The translations under genes and the position numbers were made by a program. Of a stretch of DNA of 64,000 bases, positions 26,209 through 40,313 are shown one piece after another. This DNA is from Sporopachydermia quercuum (taxonomy: Eukaryota). The stretch covers positions 62,001-126,000 of the forward strand of contig BCGN01000003.1 of assembly GCA_001599295.1 (NCBI GenBank), written 5' to 3'. Position 1 is the stretch's first letter. Each line of letters starts with the position of its first letter. Below the pieces are notes generated by a model. The model searched no databases and was not told the DNA's origin. It saw only the letters and a list, made by a program, of their open reading frames with translations.

Positions 26209-27938
26209 AGTCTGACAGGTCTATTACGATGATATTAATTCTGGTAAGGTTGATGATTGATGTCACTGGAGATCTAATGAGTTATACACCAAATGGGAGT
26301 TATTGCTCATACACTATGAGGTGNACTATGTAGCATAACATACCATTTCTTTCATCTACTTTTTTCATACATGGGTTACACATAAAGCGATAGTGTTCGC
26401 TGGGCGTACAATAAGGGTTTTAATGCATTTAGTTTTATATATGACTGCACGATCGCGTAGATGTAGGTGTGAACGTAGATACGTAAGAATCAAGTGTATT
26501 GGGATGGGCACCCTTGATTTAACATACCTCCTTGTTGTATGTTTATTATACCCATAGTATTCAATTGATGCTCGGTACTAACCTGTTTCTTCCTAACTGG
26601 TAGCTGATTCAACATCAGTTTCTTAGATAAATGATATATAATTTTATACTGCACCCTGATCTGTATCTTGAGCTGGCAGCTAAAACACTTTTCACTTTAT
26701 TACAGACAAAAACGTTTATCAGCACAGTTTCTGAATAAAGCGTTTCATTCAGGAAGTAGAGAACACCACAACTAGATGGATACCTGACTTTGAGGAAAAT
26801 CCATCTCTTGTTATACTGTTTATAACGTTAAGAGATGAAAAGAGGATGCTCTGACAGGGAAGCTTTCAAGCTATTCACAGACCCCTCGGTGATAGGAATA
26901 ATTCAGTTCGAACAACAAACGTAAGCTTAGTTAGTTTCATAACATTCTCATATTCTTTATGAGATTAAATGCTATGACAAACCCCATTGATTTGCATTAC
27001 AGCTGATACATCGTATTTTGTGTCATGGAATAATGGCGATGTCTGAGCTGTGCTTCCTTATGTCATCCGAATTAATCTTACACTGAATGCTATCATTTGA
27101 ATACAATACAATTCCTCATATAGTACTTGATCGGTATACAGACGATCATATCTTGTCTCCATCTTCAAACTTGGATCTCCACTACCAATACGGCAAAACA
27201 GCATCCTATAACCCAGCTATTTCAGACTTCATTTCCTTCGATAGAAAAGATTTCAAATTTGATAAGCTACTTGAGTATACCATAGAATATTTATGCAGCT
27301 TTGTAGGAAACTCTTATGCTTCAATGAATAAAAGTTCTATATTTACATCAGATGAGTCTTACTAGTTGACCAATTCCCATGTTAATTCCAACTTAACTCT
27401 GATGAAAGTAATCCGGGCTTTTATCCTCAATAACAACGCAACAATCACAATTAACTTATACCAAATTATTTGGTCCCACTAGTGATAGAAAATCAATTAC
27501 TTCAAACGCTCGTTTACTTAGTAGGTGATTGTTCTCCATCTACCACCAGTTAACATACTTATTCGGCCAGCTACTTACAGCTATAGCTTCCCACACAAAT
27601 ATCTTGCGAAATCATCAAAATAGCTTCTCAATTATGACAAATACTTCCCTCAAAGATCATCCACTATCTTCTCCACATTCAAGCACATAATATCCGCTTT
27701 AAACTTCATGGGCCCCAACATAATATCTCATCTCACAGGCTGTCCTTTCCTCTGCTTAGCCTCTATATTCTGACATTTTGTTCATTCCTTCCTTCTCTTC
27801 ACNATTTACTAATATATAAATAATCCTTCATTTATCATCGTCTATTTCACTCTATTTCACCCTATTCCACGCTCTCAAAGCCCTGGAAATTCAACATCAA
27901 AATACNNCAGTTTTCTAAGTCATTTCCTACTCTCAGCA

Positions 27939-29399
27939 ATGTTTGTACCGCCTGAAAACTATGGCATGGTAGAAGACACTGTGTACCGATGTTCTTCAAT
28001 CATCCCATTAAACTTATCGTTTATTGCTACGTTAAACTTGAAATGTATTCTCATTCTCAACGCAGAAAAACCTTCAAAAGCTCTACGAACGTTTATTGCA
28101 GAAAATAGAATTGACCTAATACATTTAGGCCTAAGACCTCTTAGCTATTTCGCTCCTGCCAGACTAATAGATGAAAGACCAGTTCCGCTTCAGCATGATT
28201 TGATTTCAGACGGCAGGGGAACTCCCAGCAGCGAATCTACCATGCGAAGAAGTGTGGGCAGTAGCTTGCCAAGTACCTCTGTTAATGTTCTGCATGCCCA
28301 TTATCATCATACTTTGCAGGGCTCTGTTATAGCAAGAGGAATATATCCGTATTCGCATTCTGGTAGTACTCACAGTACTAGCACTGGAAATATCAATACC
28401 AATAGCAAAAATGGTAGTGCTAGTATGACTGGAACTCCTAATAGCAGCTCAGGCAATAACTCGTATACAAACATTCCATATCTAAAGGCTACCGCGGGTC
28501 CCGGATGGACCTTGAGCGTATTTCAACCAGAAGTACTACAAGAAGCTATGTGGTTTCTACTGAACGCACGGTATCATCCCATAATGATAGTGGATTCCAC
28601 TAGTGCCTTTGTCGGGGTTTTGCGGAAGCTTGAAAAATGGTGTTTCAGTTCCATAGTGTCGGAGTATCGGGTTTTCGGAGGGAATCGGGCGAATTACCCC
28701 ACAGAATGTTTTTTAGAAGTCGTGAATGTAGAAATGTTTGACGGGGAAGACGTGGCGATAGAATCCGAGCGGGAGAGGGAAGTGCGGGACAAGGAACGGG
28801 AAAGACGGCATAACGAGGAGATTCTAATAGCAGAGGAAGGAGTGAAGGAAGATGAAAGTGGAGAAGATGACGAAGAAAATAAAGGAGAAGGAGGAGAAGG
28901 AGAAACAGACGGAGATGATGATATTTGTGGATCGCCGCAGATCCCGAAAAACCTCATGAAAATAATGTCAATGAGAAGGAAACATTACAGAGAGCAAAAA
29001 TCTCATCAGGAGAATGAAAATAACGGCCCCAATATCACTGGAAATGATATGTCTACAACCAATCCTAGCAATGCGAACAATCATAATATTCTTTCAACTT
29101 TACACAATGACAACAATACAAACACATCAATTGGTATCAATGAGAGTTCCACGTCACATTCATCTATACAGACGAACCCGAACACTCTTGAGATTCCATA
29201 TACTAATTCCAACCCTGGTTCCGGGTCCTCTTCTGGCTCTACTCACAGCAGGAATCCATTTTATTACCCTATCCACCAAGTAGAATACAGAGCCGAAAAC
29301 AACATTGAAATGCTCAGAGTTGTCCTACCACAAGAAGAAGATTTACCAACATGGTTTAAACACCATAGAGAATTATGGAATGAAGAATGCAGCGTTTGA
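27939..29399 (+). CDS. OCA4: Oca4-like pseudophosphatase (Siw14/Oca tyrosine phosphatase family)
   Basis: MFVPPENYGMVEDTVYRCS...LNLSF...; VGVLRKLEKWCFSSIVSEYRVF; SPQIPKNL. No CX5R catalytic motif visible. Confidence 0.8.
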   Translation: MFVPPENYGMVEDTVYRCSSIIPLNLSFIATLNLKCILILNAEKPSKALRTFIAENRIDLIHLGLRPLSYFAPARLIDERPVPLQHDLISDGRGTPSSESTMRRSVGSSLPSTSVNVLHAHYHHTLQGSVIARGIYPYSHSGSTHSTSTGNINTNSKNGSASMTGTPNSSSGNNSYTNIPYLKATAGPGWTLSVFQPEVLQEAMWFLLNARYHPIMIVDSTSAFVGVLRKLEKWCFSSIVSEYRVFGGNRANYPTECFLEVVNVEMFDGEDVAIESEREREVRDKERERRHNEEILIAEEGVKEDESGEDDEENKGEGGEGETDGDDDICGSPQIPKNLMKIMSMRRKHYREQKSHQENENNGPNITGNDMSTTNPSNANNHNILSTLHNDNNTNTSIGINESSTSHSSIQTNPNTLEIPYTNSNPGSGSSSGSTHSRNPFYYPIHQVEYRAENNIEMLRVVLPQEEDLPTWFKHHRELWNEECSV

Positions 29400-31448
29400 T
29401 GAAAATTGGGAGATTGTCAGAGTGTACACACTGGCGACTTAATAGTATGACGTTTTGGGTGACGAGCTCTCGGGATTGTCTAGGAAGATTGGAAAGAATG
29501 TTCGGAAGGGGAGAAACCGGACGGAACTGTAGATTTTTGGCGTTTTGATAGAAGTTCAGGGAGATTTGGATTAGCAGAGATTGATAAAGAAAAGCACGGG
29601 ACGTTATGTCCAAATATCTGGAGTGAGTAGGAACGGAGAAGATAACGGAGGCACCGGGCCTATTCTGGAAAAGATCAAGACATCTGTAAGTCCTTATGCG
29701 ACATCAGAGATCACATTCCTCGTCTATAGTTTGCCATACACATCCGTAGAAGAATCTGTAGATATCATTTTCTAAATCATTATTGTGACTTTTTGGGATA
29801 TCTATTATTCAAAATTTCCCATACAAGACGTTAATTATTCGTAAGTGAAAGTTCAAGTATTGAAACAATCGTGTTTTGGCGGCTGACAAAAAATAGGTGT
29901 ACGAAAGATTATAATCCCTATTGACAATTCATGACAATGATCAATAATTGTCATAACCAAATCTTAACTACTATGACATTTTCTGACATGTAGCAAAAAT
30001 TAAGCTGGTTTAAGGTTCTAGGTAATAGCCCTAACGTTAATTTAAACTTTGGATTAACATTATTCCAAACCTTATGTAAACGTGAAAGAGGAATACTCAC
30101 CTCTGCTCAAATAATGAAAAACCTTTAAAACAGGTGTTTCTCCAGATATCACGACACCATGTCTCTGCTGAAGCAGAACTGGTCCCAACTAGTTACGTAG
30201 CCAACACACTAGATTTTCATAGTTTCCACACAAGCATAGGAATTATCACTAGTTCATTCAACCGATCAGCGAATCGTTCACTCTGTTTTTATTCAGTCCG
30301 GACCTGTGCAGCTTCTCTTGTAACTAGATATCCGATGGTACATGATATAACTACGACGACTGCACAACCTACACTTACATCTTTCTTGCTTGCTCACTTA
30401 AAATTATGGGTGAGAGCAGTTATCCGATAGGTCCTCCTCGGTTTCTTGAGTAGTTACTTTATTGATATGCGGAAACAATATAGATCCAATTTTTTTTATA
30501 GCTTATTCGAATAATTTGATTACATAATCTTTCAAAATGTTTAATCAAAGATAATTTACGTGAAGTAGTATAATTTATTATAGCTCATCATAATTTCTGT
30601 AAGACCCTTTAGAAGCAGAAGTTCCACATGGTCAAACCGTTGACTGAATCCTGCAAAATTCGGATAGGTAGCAAATTCATTGAATACCTGTTGGTGGATA
30701 TTGATGAGGTAGAAAAACATGGTAAAGTTTATGAGCATTATACTTTAATATGTATAATATGGGGACGTTNATTTTCAGGAACCAAAAAAGGAAACTAAAC
30801 GAGATTGATGGAAATAAAAGTTTTGCGGGGAAAGAATTTATACAACAAAACAGAGAATTAAGATCAAACTTTAATAGTAGCCATCAACCTTAAAGCCCTA
30901 TCGTTGGTTCAGGTACCATATNAATATCTGGTTGTATTAACAGTGAGTAGACTGCCTATGCATTTGTTAATAGTATCAATAACAACGAACATTGGTTAAG
31001 ATTGTAGATACAAATCCTAGAATGTAAAATTGGACAATGCAACACATACTTAAAATTACTCCACGTTTCGGTACTCAGTTTACCTTGGCCTAGAAAACCT
31101 TATTTGCAACCCTCCACTAAAATTGAACTCTATATATTTTCTTCAAAGCTTCTTATCGGATCAATGTCGCTCTCATCATCTCCTCAATTACTTGTGATAA
31201 CTACTGAAAACTATAGATTTCAATTGTCAATTAACACTTGCCTTTCATTTTGATGATAATTCCTAAATCTACTTGCTGAGNTTCCAGTTTTTTGACTGTC
31301 AACTAAATATAAATAGGTCTGTTCCCTTCAAACTAATACCAATTATTTAGAAGTCTTTTTTTTATTTCTCTCCAGTCCTCATTAAGTTATCATCAGAACT
31401 ATCATCTATTATTATAACACTTAAATTTACTCATAGCTCTTATTCATC

Positions 31449-33515
<2,067 letters not shown>

Positions 33516-34794
33516 ATAAAGAGAAAATGTGAGAACAATGAAAGTTGAAATGGGTGTATTTATTGATAAATAATGTTTATAATGTTTATTGAACATATTG
33601 AATGAAAAAGCCTGTTTTTGTAGGATATTTGAAAGAGGTGGAATGTGGGAATGTAAGTGGGATGCAATGGTAAGGCACTTGTAGCTGGTCTTCTGAAATT
33701 AGGTTTGTAGTTCTAATGCTAAAGGTTCAAAATGAAAGAAGGTAGAGGTGATATAATTCACTGGAGTTAGAGATGAAACAAGACTTTAATGCATGTGCTG
33801 ATGCAATACCTTCCATTGTATATGATTCTAGCTTGCATTTCATCTTTATTTCGTAGAAAAGAAATAATCAAGTTATTCATAGATCATTGGGAGAGATATC
33901 CACAGCTACAAATACCATTCAAGGTTCATAAGATTGTGATAAAGATTAGGGTTTACTAATAAACTCTGCTAATCCGAACTTTAATTACTCATTCACTGAC
34001 TCTCGAGTCTTTAATTCTTCTGTAGCTTTAGTTGTTCATTATTCATACATTCACTCTTTCTTTTCAATAATCAGTTGATAATTTTATAATATTCCGCTTT
34101 ACATTTCCACAATTTTACAGACCATGAAATGAAATGAATAGTTCTAGCTACATTCTTTGTTTTTATTCTCTCTTTAAAGAACACTTTCAATAGATAGAAT
34201 CTTAACTACAATCTTCAATTGCGTAGAGCATCTCAAACCTCAGATAGAATTCTTTATATAGAAAATAGATATAGAATATAGAATATATTACAACAAACAA
34301 GCTAGGCAGACAGTTACTTATTGGAACATCATTGTTGATGAATGAGAGGCATTTGTCTGATTTACTGTTGATTGGATTGATCTACTAACAGTACTGTTTG
34401 CTTTCAAGCAGTGGACACAAATTGGTTAATTCTAATTAGTAATTTAAATTATAAAATAAATTGAATGTGGCGGAAATTGAAAGAAAAGAAATTGGAGCCA
34501 AGTTTGGCAATTGAGCTGAACAGTTGGATCACGTTACACATACACCATAGTAGAANTTTCCTACTCTTACAATTCTTATCAATGAACATGCATTAGTTGC
34601 CAATTTCCCAATAGTCCGTTACCATTGATGTACGTTTCGGCATGAAAATCTTCACTTTACTTTGACAGACTAATCACTAACACAGTAACTTATTTATTCT
34701 AATGTAAATCAGTTGACTTTCCTTACTTTTCATATATTTTAATCTCTCAATCCTCCATTTCTTTCATTTCTCCATCGATGATTCATTCATCCAC

Positions 34795-35262
34795 CTAATT
34801 ATTTAAAGCTTCTTTCATTGGTGAGACATCTAAATATACTTGATAAAAGGCCAACTTCAGATCATCATCTTTAACACTTTCCCAGGATTCAACAGCTTCA
34901 AAGACCATATGAGAACTCCATTCGGTTACTAATTTCTTCCCATTTATCAAATCATATTCAACATACCCATGAAGCATTATATCCTGTACCTTGTCCGATG
35001 GATTGGAGAAAGTGAACACTTTTTCAACTACGTGATGTCGGGTAGTTACAGATTTCCAAATATTTTGTCGGACAATTGCAATATTGGCAGAGTCTTTAAC
35101 GGTAGATAAACCCATTTTCAGAGTGGCATTTTCGGTGAAGAAGGAAACATAAGGATCAGGAGAAGCAGTTGGCAGAGGTGGCTTAGTATCACTTTGTTTG
35201 AAGAAGCGAACAATGAAGGTTTTTACTGCTTGGTTGTTATAGGAAGAGTTGAATAAAGTCAT
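34795..35262 (-). CDS. SnoaL/NTF2-like fold protein of unknown function, 155 aa
   Basis: FF..SD, YVSFFTENATLKMG, RHHVVEKVF, MLHGYVEY and FYQVYLD resemble small fungal SnoaL-like proteins; embedded in the catabolic cluster. Confidence 0.75.
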   Translation of the reverse strand: MTLFNSSYNNQAVKTFIVRFFKQSDTKPPLPTASPDPYVSFFTENATLKMGLSTVKDSANIAIVRQNIWKSVTTRHHVVEKVFTFSNPSDKVQDIMLHGYVEYDLINGKKLVTEWSSHMVFEAVESWESVKDDDLKLAFYQVYLDVSPMKEALNN

Positions 35263-35748
35263 TGTGTGTAGGTAAGAACTGATCGGATAATTGGTAATTG
35301 ATGGTTTTGTTTCTGGTGATGAATTTAAGATAGAAGAATGTGTGAATAAAAGTAGACTGTTGCCAATTGAAGTGCATTTATTTTGATTAATTATTGAGGG
35401 AAGGCATGATAAAAAGAAAAGGAGAGCTGGAGGAGAAAAAAGATAAAGGGGATAACAGAGGGTTCAGTTGGAAGATAGAGATGAATAAAACGGGACTTGT
35501 TCAACAGAATGTCACTTATCCGATACAGAGATGAAGACCAATTTGGTACAAGAAACCCAATAAGCTCCCTAGAAAATCGCTACCATGCTCTATATCCGGC
35601 ACAAATCTCATACTGTGTCACACATCCGGGGAGATTGTTTAAAACCCGTAATGGGACAGTATACGCTCCCAACGGTACCAGGACATTACAAGCTGATACA
35701 ACAGTACTAATCCTATCACTTTTTCACTTCTTTCATTTTAAATACTAT

Positions 35749-36678
35749 TTATAAACTATCAATAAAATCAACAATCAATTCAGCTACTTTCTCAGGACTC
35801 TCGATGCAATGCCAATGTCCAACTTTAGGTAAAACCTGCACCTTGGTGTCTCTTATCCGATCAGCAATCACATTCACACATCCTTCCCACGGAGCACTCT
35901 TATCTTCTTCCCCAGCTATAATAAGCACTTTATTAACAATTTGATCGTAGTTAGGAATAGTTGCTCTGGCAATAACGTTACACATAGCAATGTAACCTTG
36001 TGGACTAGTACCCGATATAAGCTCTCTAATGAAAGCTTTCTGTACAGATGTAGTATTAGAACCAGTTGCAGCATCAGGAATAGCATCAGCAAGCGTCAAA
36101 ACAGAATTTTCTTTTTTTATTGTTTCAATCCTTGCATCAAAAACTTTTGAAATTGCTTCGGTAGGATGAACAGGTCCAATGAGAACTGAACCACGGGTCC
36201 GAGTCGGGTAGCTGCTAGTTATCTCATTAACTATCATTCCACCCATTGAATGTCCAATAAATATAGCCGTTGATACACCAAACTTATCTAGTACAGCAAT
36301 AGCATCTTTGGCAATGGTTTTGGTGCTTGGGGCATTCTGAGATAAAGGTGATCTTGCGCTACCTTCAGTATCCATTAATATACAATTGGCATGCTTTGTA
36401 AGTGATGATAGTAATCCATAATAGTAGTTCTGTGAAGATCCTAAACCATGGATGAAAAACAAAGTCGGTTTTTCATTATTAATATCAGAAGCTGGTTTCA
36501 CTGAGCCAATTTCCGAATATTGGAATAAAGAGATATTAAGGCTTTTGGAGTTGATTTGTAGAGGCATTGCTGATAGATTCAATGATCGGATAACTATAAG
36601 GCTTTGATTTGAAAGCTTACCACGAACAATTGAATTGAATAGTAATGGAGAATTGATGGAAAATGTTCTGAATATCAT
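35749..36678 (-). CDS. Alpha/beta hydrolase, 3-oxoadipate enol-lactonase / (carboxy)muconolactone hydrolase-like; alternative start at 36567
   Basis: HGLGSSQNYY oxyanion region, GHSMGG nucleophile elbow, AGEEDKS (Asp) and VGHWHCIE (His). Confidence 0.88.
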   Translation of the reverse strand: MIFRTFSINSPLLFNSIVRGKLSNQSLIVIRSLNLSAMPLQINSKSLNISLFQYSEIGSVKPASDINNEKPTLFFIHGLGSSQNYYYGLLSSLTKHANCILMDTEGSARSPLSQNAPSTKTIAKDAIAVLDKFGVSTAIFIGHSMGGMIVNEITSSYPTRTRGSVLIGPVHPTEAISKVFDARIETIKKENSVLTLADAIPDAATGSNTTSVQKAFIRELISGTSPQGYIAMCNVIARATIPNYDQIVNKVLIIAGEEDKSAPWEGCVNVIADRIRDTKVQVLPKVGHWHCIESPEKVAELIVDFIDSL

Positions 36679-37466
36679 GTATTTTGCAGTGATAAAGTAT
36701 ATATAATAAGTGAATAAAGATGAATAGATCGAATAATATTAAGGATTTGCTTAAGAGAAAGAGCATATAAAAAGTTCCGGTCGAGCAGAGAATCGGATAT
36801 CAGTAAATAAACTTGTTGTCGGATATGTGTTGCAAGGAAAGGATAGGAATGCCTTAAAGGGGTATACTGAAGACTCAGGTGAGACGGTAAAAGCGAAAAG
36901 ATTTAACAGTAATTTTTGTTCAATAATCAACTTTTTTTTATTGTTTAAATACGATTGTGAGATGCCATATCAAAGCATCAGTTAAATTGGCCATTCTCAC
37001 GCTCTTGGTTCAGAGAAACCACCATATACTGCGAATACTATGGGGACATCATCGGATGATTGGTTATTTTGATGTCACTCAAATAGAGTTCAAACGTTAA
37101 ATTTGAAATCCAATCCGACACTGAACTGCATTTTCCTCTCAGTAATAAAGTCTTCTCCAGCAGGCTTCTGGTTGATGTCGTCGGATAACTGTCATTTCCA
37201 ATTCTTCAAACTACTTTCTCAATATCTTTGAGAACTTACAGCTTCAATTATATCATATGCTTCTGATTCAAATGATAGAACAATTCATAAAATCAAGTTT
37301 ACAAAATTTATCTTAAAAGATTCCTTCAAGGATTTTTCAATACTATAAACCTATACTCAAGCTTCGTAATACAGTATTCATACATTTCATTCATCCGTCT
37401 AGCCATACGCCGTAAGCCANTCTGTTTTCCAATCCAATTTTTATTTAAGATCAGATCAAGAAGCAC

Positions 37467-38384
37467 TCAATCCTGGAATTCACCATCTACTTCCTTTTGC
37501 AATTGATATAATCTGGCTCTTTCTTTCAGGACCTCAGCTTCTGTTGTCAANCGAATGTCATAATCAACAACATAAATGATACCCTTTTCCTTCAATTCAG
37601 TGTCCTTTTCCCCCACAGGAACAAAATCTAATACCAGATCATTCTTAACACCATGAACAGCATCGTCTTTAGTATAAGGATCTTCACGATTATAAATTTG
37701 AGTAACCAATGAATGATATTCGGGATAAGTTGCTCTGAAATGAATATGAGAAGGTCTCATCGGATGNCTGTCCATAAATTGTAATAGATCACCAGCAGGC
37801 CCATCATAAGGAATAGGATAAGCAGTGGGTTTCAGGCAAATAAAAGAAAACTTTCCTTCAGAATCAGTAACGAAGGTTCCTCTTAAATTATAATCTGGTT
37901 GATCAGGATCCTGTTGTTCGTACAATCCATTTGGAGCACAGTGCCATGCCTCTAATTGAGCTCCAACTAACGGATTACCTAAAGTATCAGTTATTCTACC
38001 CTTGAACAATGTCTTCTCACCACCAACATCCTTTTGAATGATNGATTCGCCATTTTCATATCTAGGAGAGTTTGGTCTATAAAAGGGACCTAAAATTGCA
38101 GATTTTGTATGATCTGAGTGTTCTAATTCATGAGTAAGGGTGTCAACTAGAGCTTCAAGCCCTAATACATCAGATACGAGAATACCTTCGTTTCTTCGCG
38201 AATCTGACATTTGTCCAATTCTGTTGATGAAATTCACTCCCCATAACCAATCATCTGTCGTAATATAATTTTCGCGACTGAAGTCATGGATATGTTGGAT
38301 CAAGGACCGTAAGATTCTTTTAGCTCTTGGGGTAGCTTTGGGACCAAAAGAGTCTTTTACAGACTCAGTGAATTCTTGAGACAT
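37467..38384 (-). CDS. Intradiol ring-cleavage dioxygenase (catechol 1,2- / fungal protocatechuate 3,4-dioxygenase type, Hqd2-like)
   Basis: First ATG at 38384 (MSQEFTESVK), AILGPFY, and Fe ligands in GLYEQQ, PTAYPIP and MRPSHIHF. Confidence 0.93.
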   Translation of the reverse strand: MSQEFTESVKDSFGPKATPRAKRILRSLIQHIHDFSRENYITTDDWLWGVNFINRIGQMSDSRRNEGILVSDVLGLEALVDTLTHELEHSDHTKSAILGPFYRPNSPRYENGEXIIQKDVGGEKTLFKGRITDTLGNPLVGAQLEAWHCAPNGLYEQQDPDQPDYNLRGTFVTDSEGKFSFICLKPTAYPIPYDGPAGDLLQFMDXHPMRPSHIHFRATYPEYHSLVTQIYNREDPYTKDDAVHGVKNDLVLDFVPVGEKDTELKEKGIIYVVDYDIXLTTEAEVLKERARLYQLQKEVDGEFQD

Positions 38385-40313
38385 TATTAAAAGTTTTAGA
38401 TTGTTGATTGAGCAAATTTTGTTAGGTAACTGAATCAGGTTTAGTTGTTCAACCGAAGCTATCAATAGTAGATAGTAGATGAACTAGAGTAACTGAAGAC
38501 TGATTGAAGAGGGAACAACAGGTTTAAATAGTTGAATTAGTTATGATTAGAAGAAGAGAAATAAGTAACAGGAAATAATGGCATGATTTCAATTATTTAA
38601 AACAGATTACTAGCGAAAGAATACAATTCAATAGGAGGAAATAACATAGATTATGAAAGATACGTTCGGGGCAGATGATATTTTATTTGCTTGGGGGGAA
38701 AGCAAGATAATTAAGGTTTCACACATATTATGAAGAGAAGGTTAAAGTATAAGGTATAAAGTTTGTGGAGGGTGATTGCTAAGTTAGAGGTAAGGTTTAG
38801 AGCGATTCTTAACTTCAAAGCTAAGCAATTCTGACATTCACAATTGTCAGAATGGGGCTGACATACGTACGGGGAAACAATCTGGGGAAAGTACGGCTGT
38901 AGTCTATGTATGGGAGAATAAATACTAACTAAACGGTCTCCGACGTCGGGTGTTGGTATTAATATTTGTAGCTTGTCTCGTCTTGGAAAAAAACATTGTT
39001 AAGAACAGTTGAGGATCACATAACAATAGTTAGAACAAGTTGGTAAACAGCATATCATGAGTATGATATTTTCAATTACTTAGACATCTGTTTGTCGTAT
39101 TTAGGGATGATTTGTCAGAATCGTGAGCAAATGACAAAGAAGTTGTATGTCATGAGTGAGTTTCTTCAGTACAAGTAAGACATAGAGTATATATCTTAAT
39201 AATTTTCTCATCCTATGTGCTTTTAACACCCTTATTTTCATAATCAGAGTAATCGAGTTAAGCAGTAATTATTTCAAAGTAATTTATCAGAGAAAAGATT
39301 CTAAATGTCACAATAGTCTTAGTATTGTTCATGTGGTTATTACATTCTAACATGACATATTATTTATTCTTCAATGTCAGTATGTCACATTTTATAGAGA
39401 ACAAGAAAGAATATTTTCATGTCCTGTGCCCCACAAAATAAATATAAAGTGCAACCCGACAAAGACACACACTATTCCATCTTCTCACTTGGAAGATTTC
39501 TACTGATATTGCTCTAACGATATTGACTACAATTGGATTAAAGAGCTATTTACCTATGTGACCAATTGTTTTAGTGGTAATAACTGAGCTCTTTCTCTAT
39601 GATGGCGAGTTAATGATTTGTATCATTCCGAGAAAAAGAATCCTTTAGTAAGATAATAAGGTTTCGGATATGCACCAGATTAATTAAAATTCATCGGAAG
39701 TCTGTATCTGCAAATTTAATCCTCTTTCTTCATACCAGAACACAACTACCAACTCCACAAATTGATTGGCGATATATTCACACTCAAATTGATGCCTTTC
39801 ATAAGAAACTGTCAAATATTATACGCTTCAACTGTAGCGTAATTGTTTATAATGCCATTCTGTTTGAACTGCTTTGCCGAATGCTACAAATGAAATCAAA
39901 CCTGAACATAAAAACCCAATCCGTGAATATACTTCGTGTATACTATCTGATTCTTATCCGACAAACTACCTTACCACTTGCCTTATCCGATAACCCATAG
40001 CTTCCTGTCTCTTCCGACACTTTTTTCCCTCTCAACAACCACTTTTCTCTTTCACCTTATTAGCGTTCTCTTCTTCCTTGGTCATTTTACAACTACAAGT
40101 ACTGGTCTCTTACCGTCCTCTCTTAAATAACACTATTTTCCATTTTCTCCCTTCATTTTTCTTTTGCTCTAAGCAATTCTATTCGTATAATCCACCAAAC
40201 TGACCCTGAATCCACAAAAGAGTATTCGGATGTGTGTCATAGGTCATTGCAGAAACGAAAAACGCATCATATCAGACATTCAAAGTCAGACTGAAAAACA
40301 CGCTTCTATCATT

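Noticed and set aside
38385..38465. N-terminal extension of the dioxygenase in the ORF track
   Set aside because: It starts at a non-ATG codon; homology begins at MSQEFTE (38384). The same applies to 44092 (SCOT) and 56154 (MET16).
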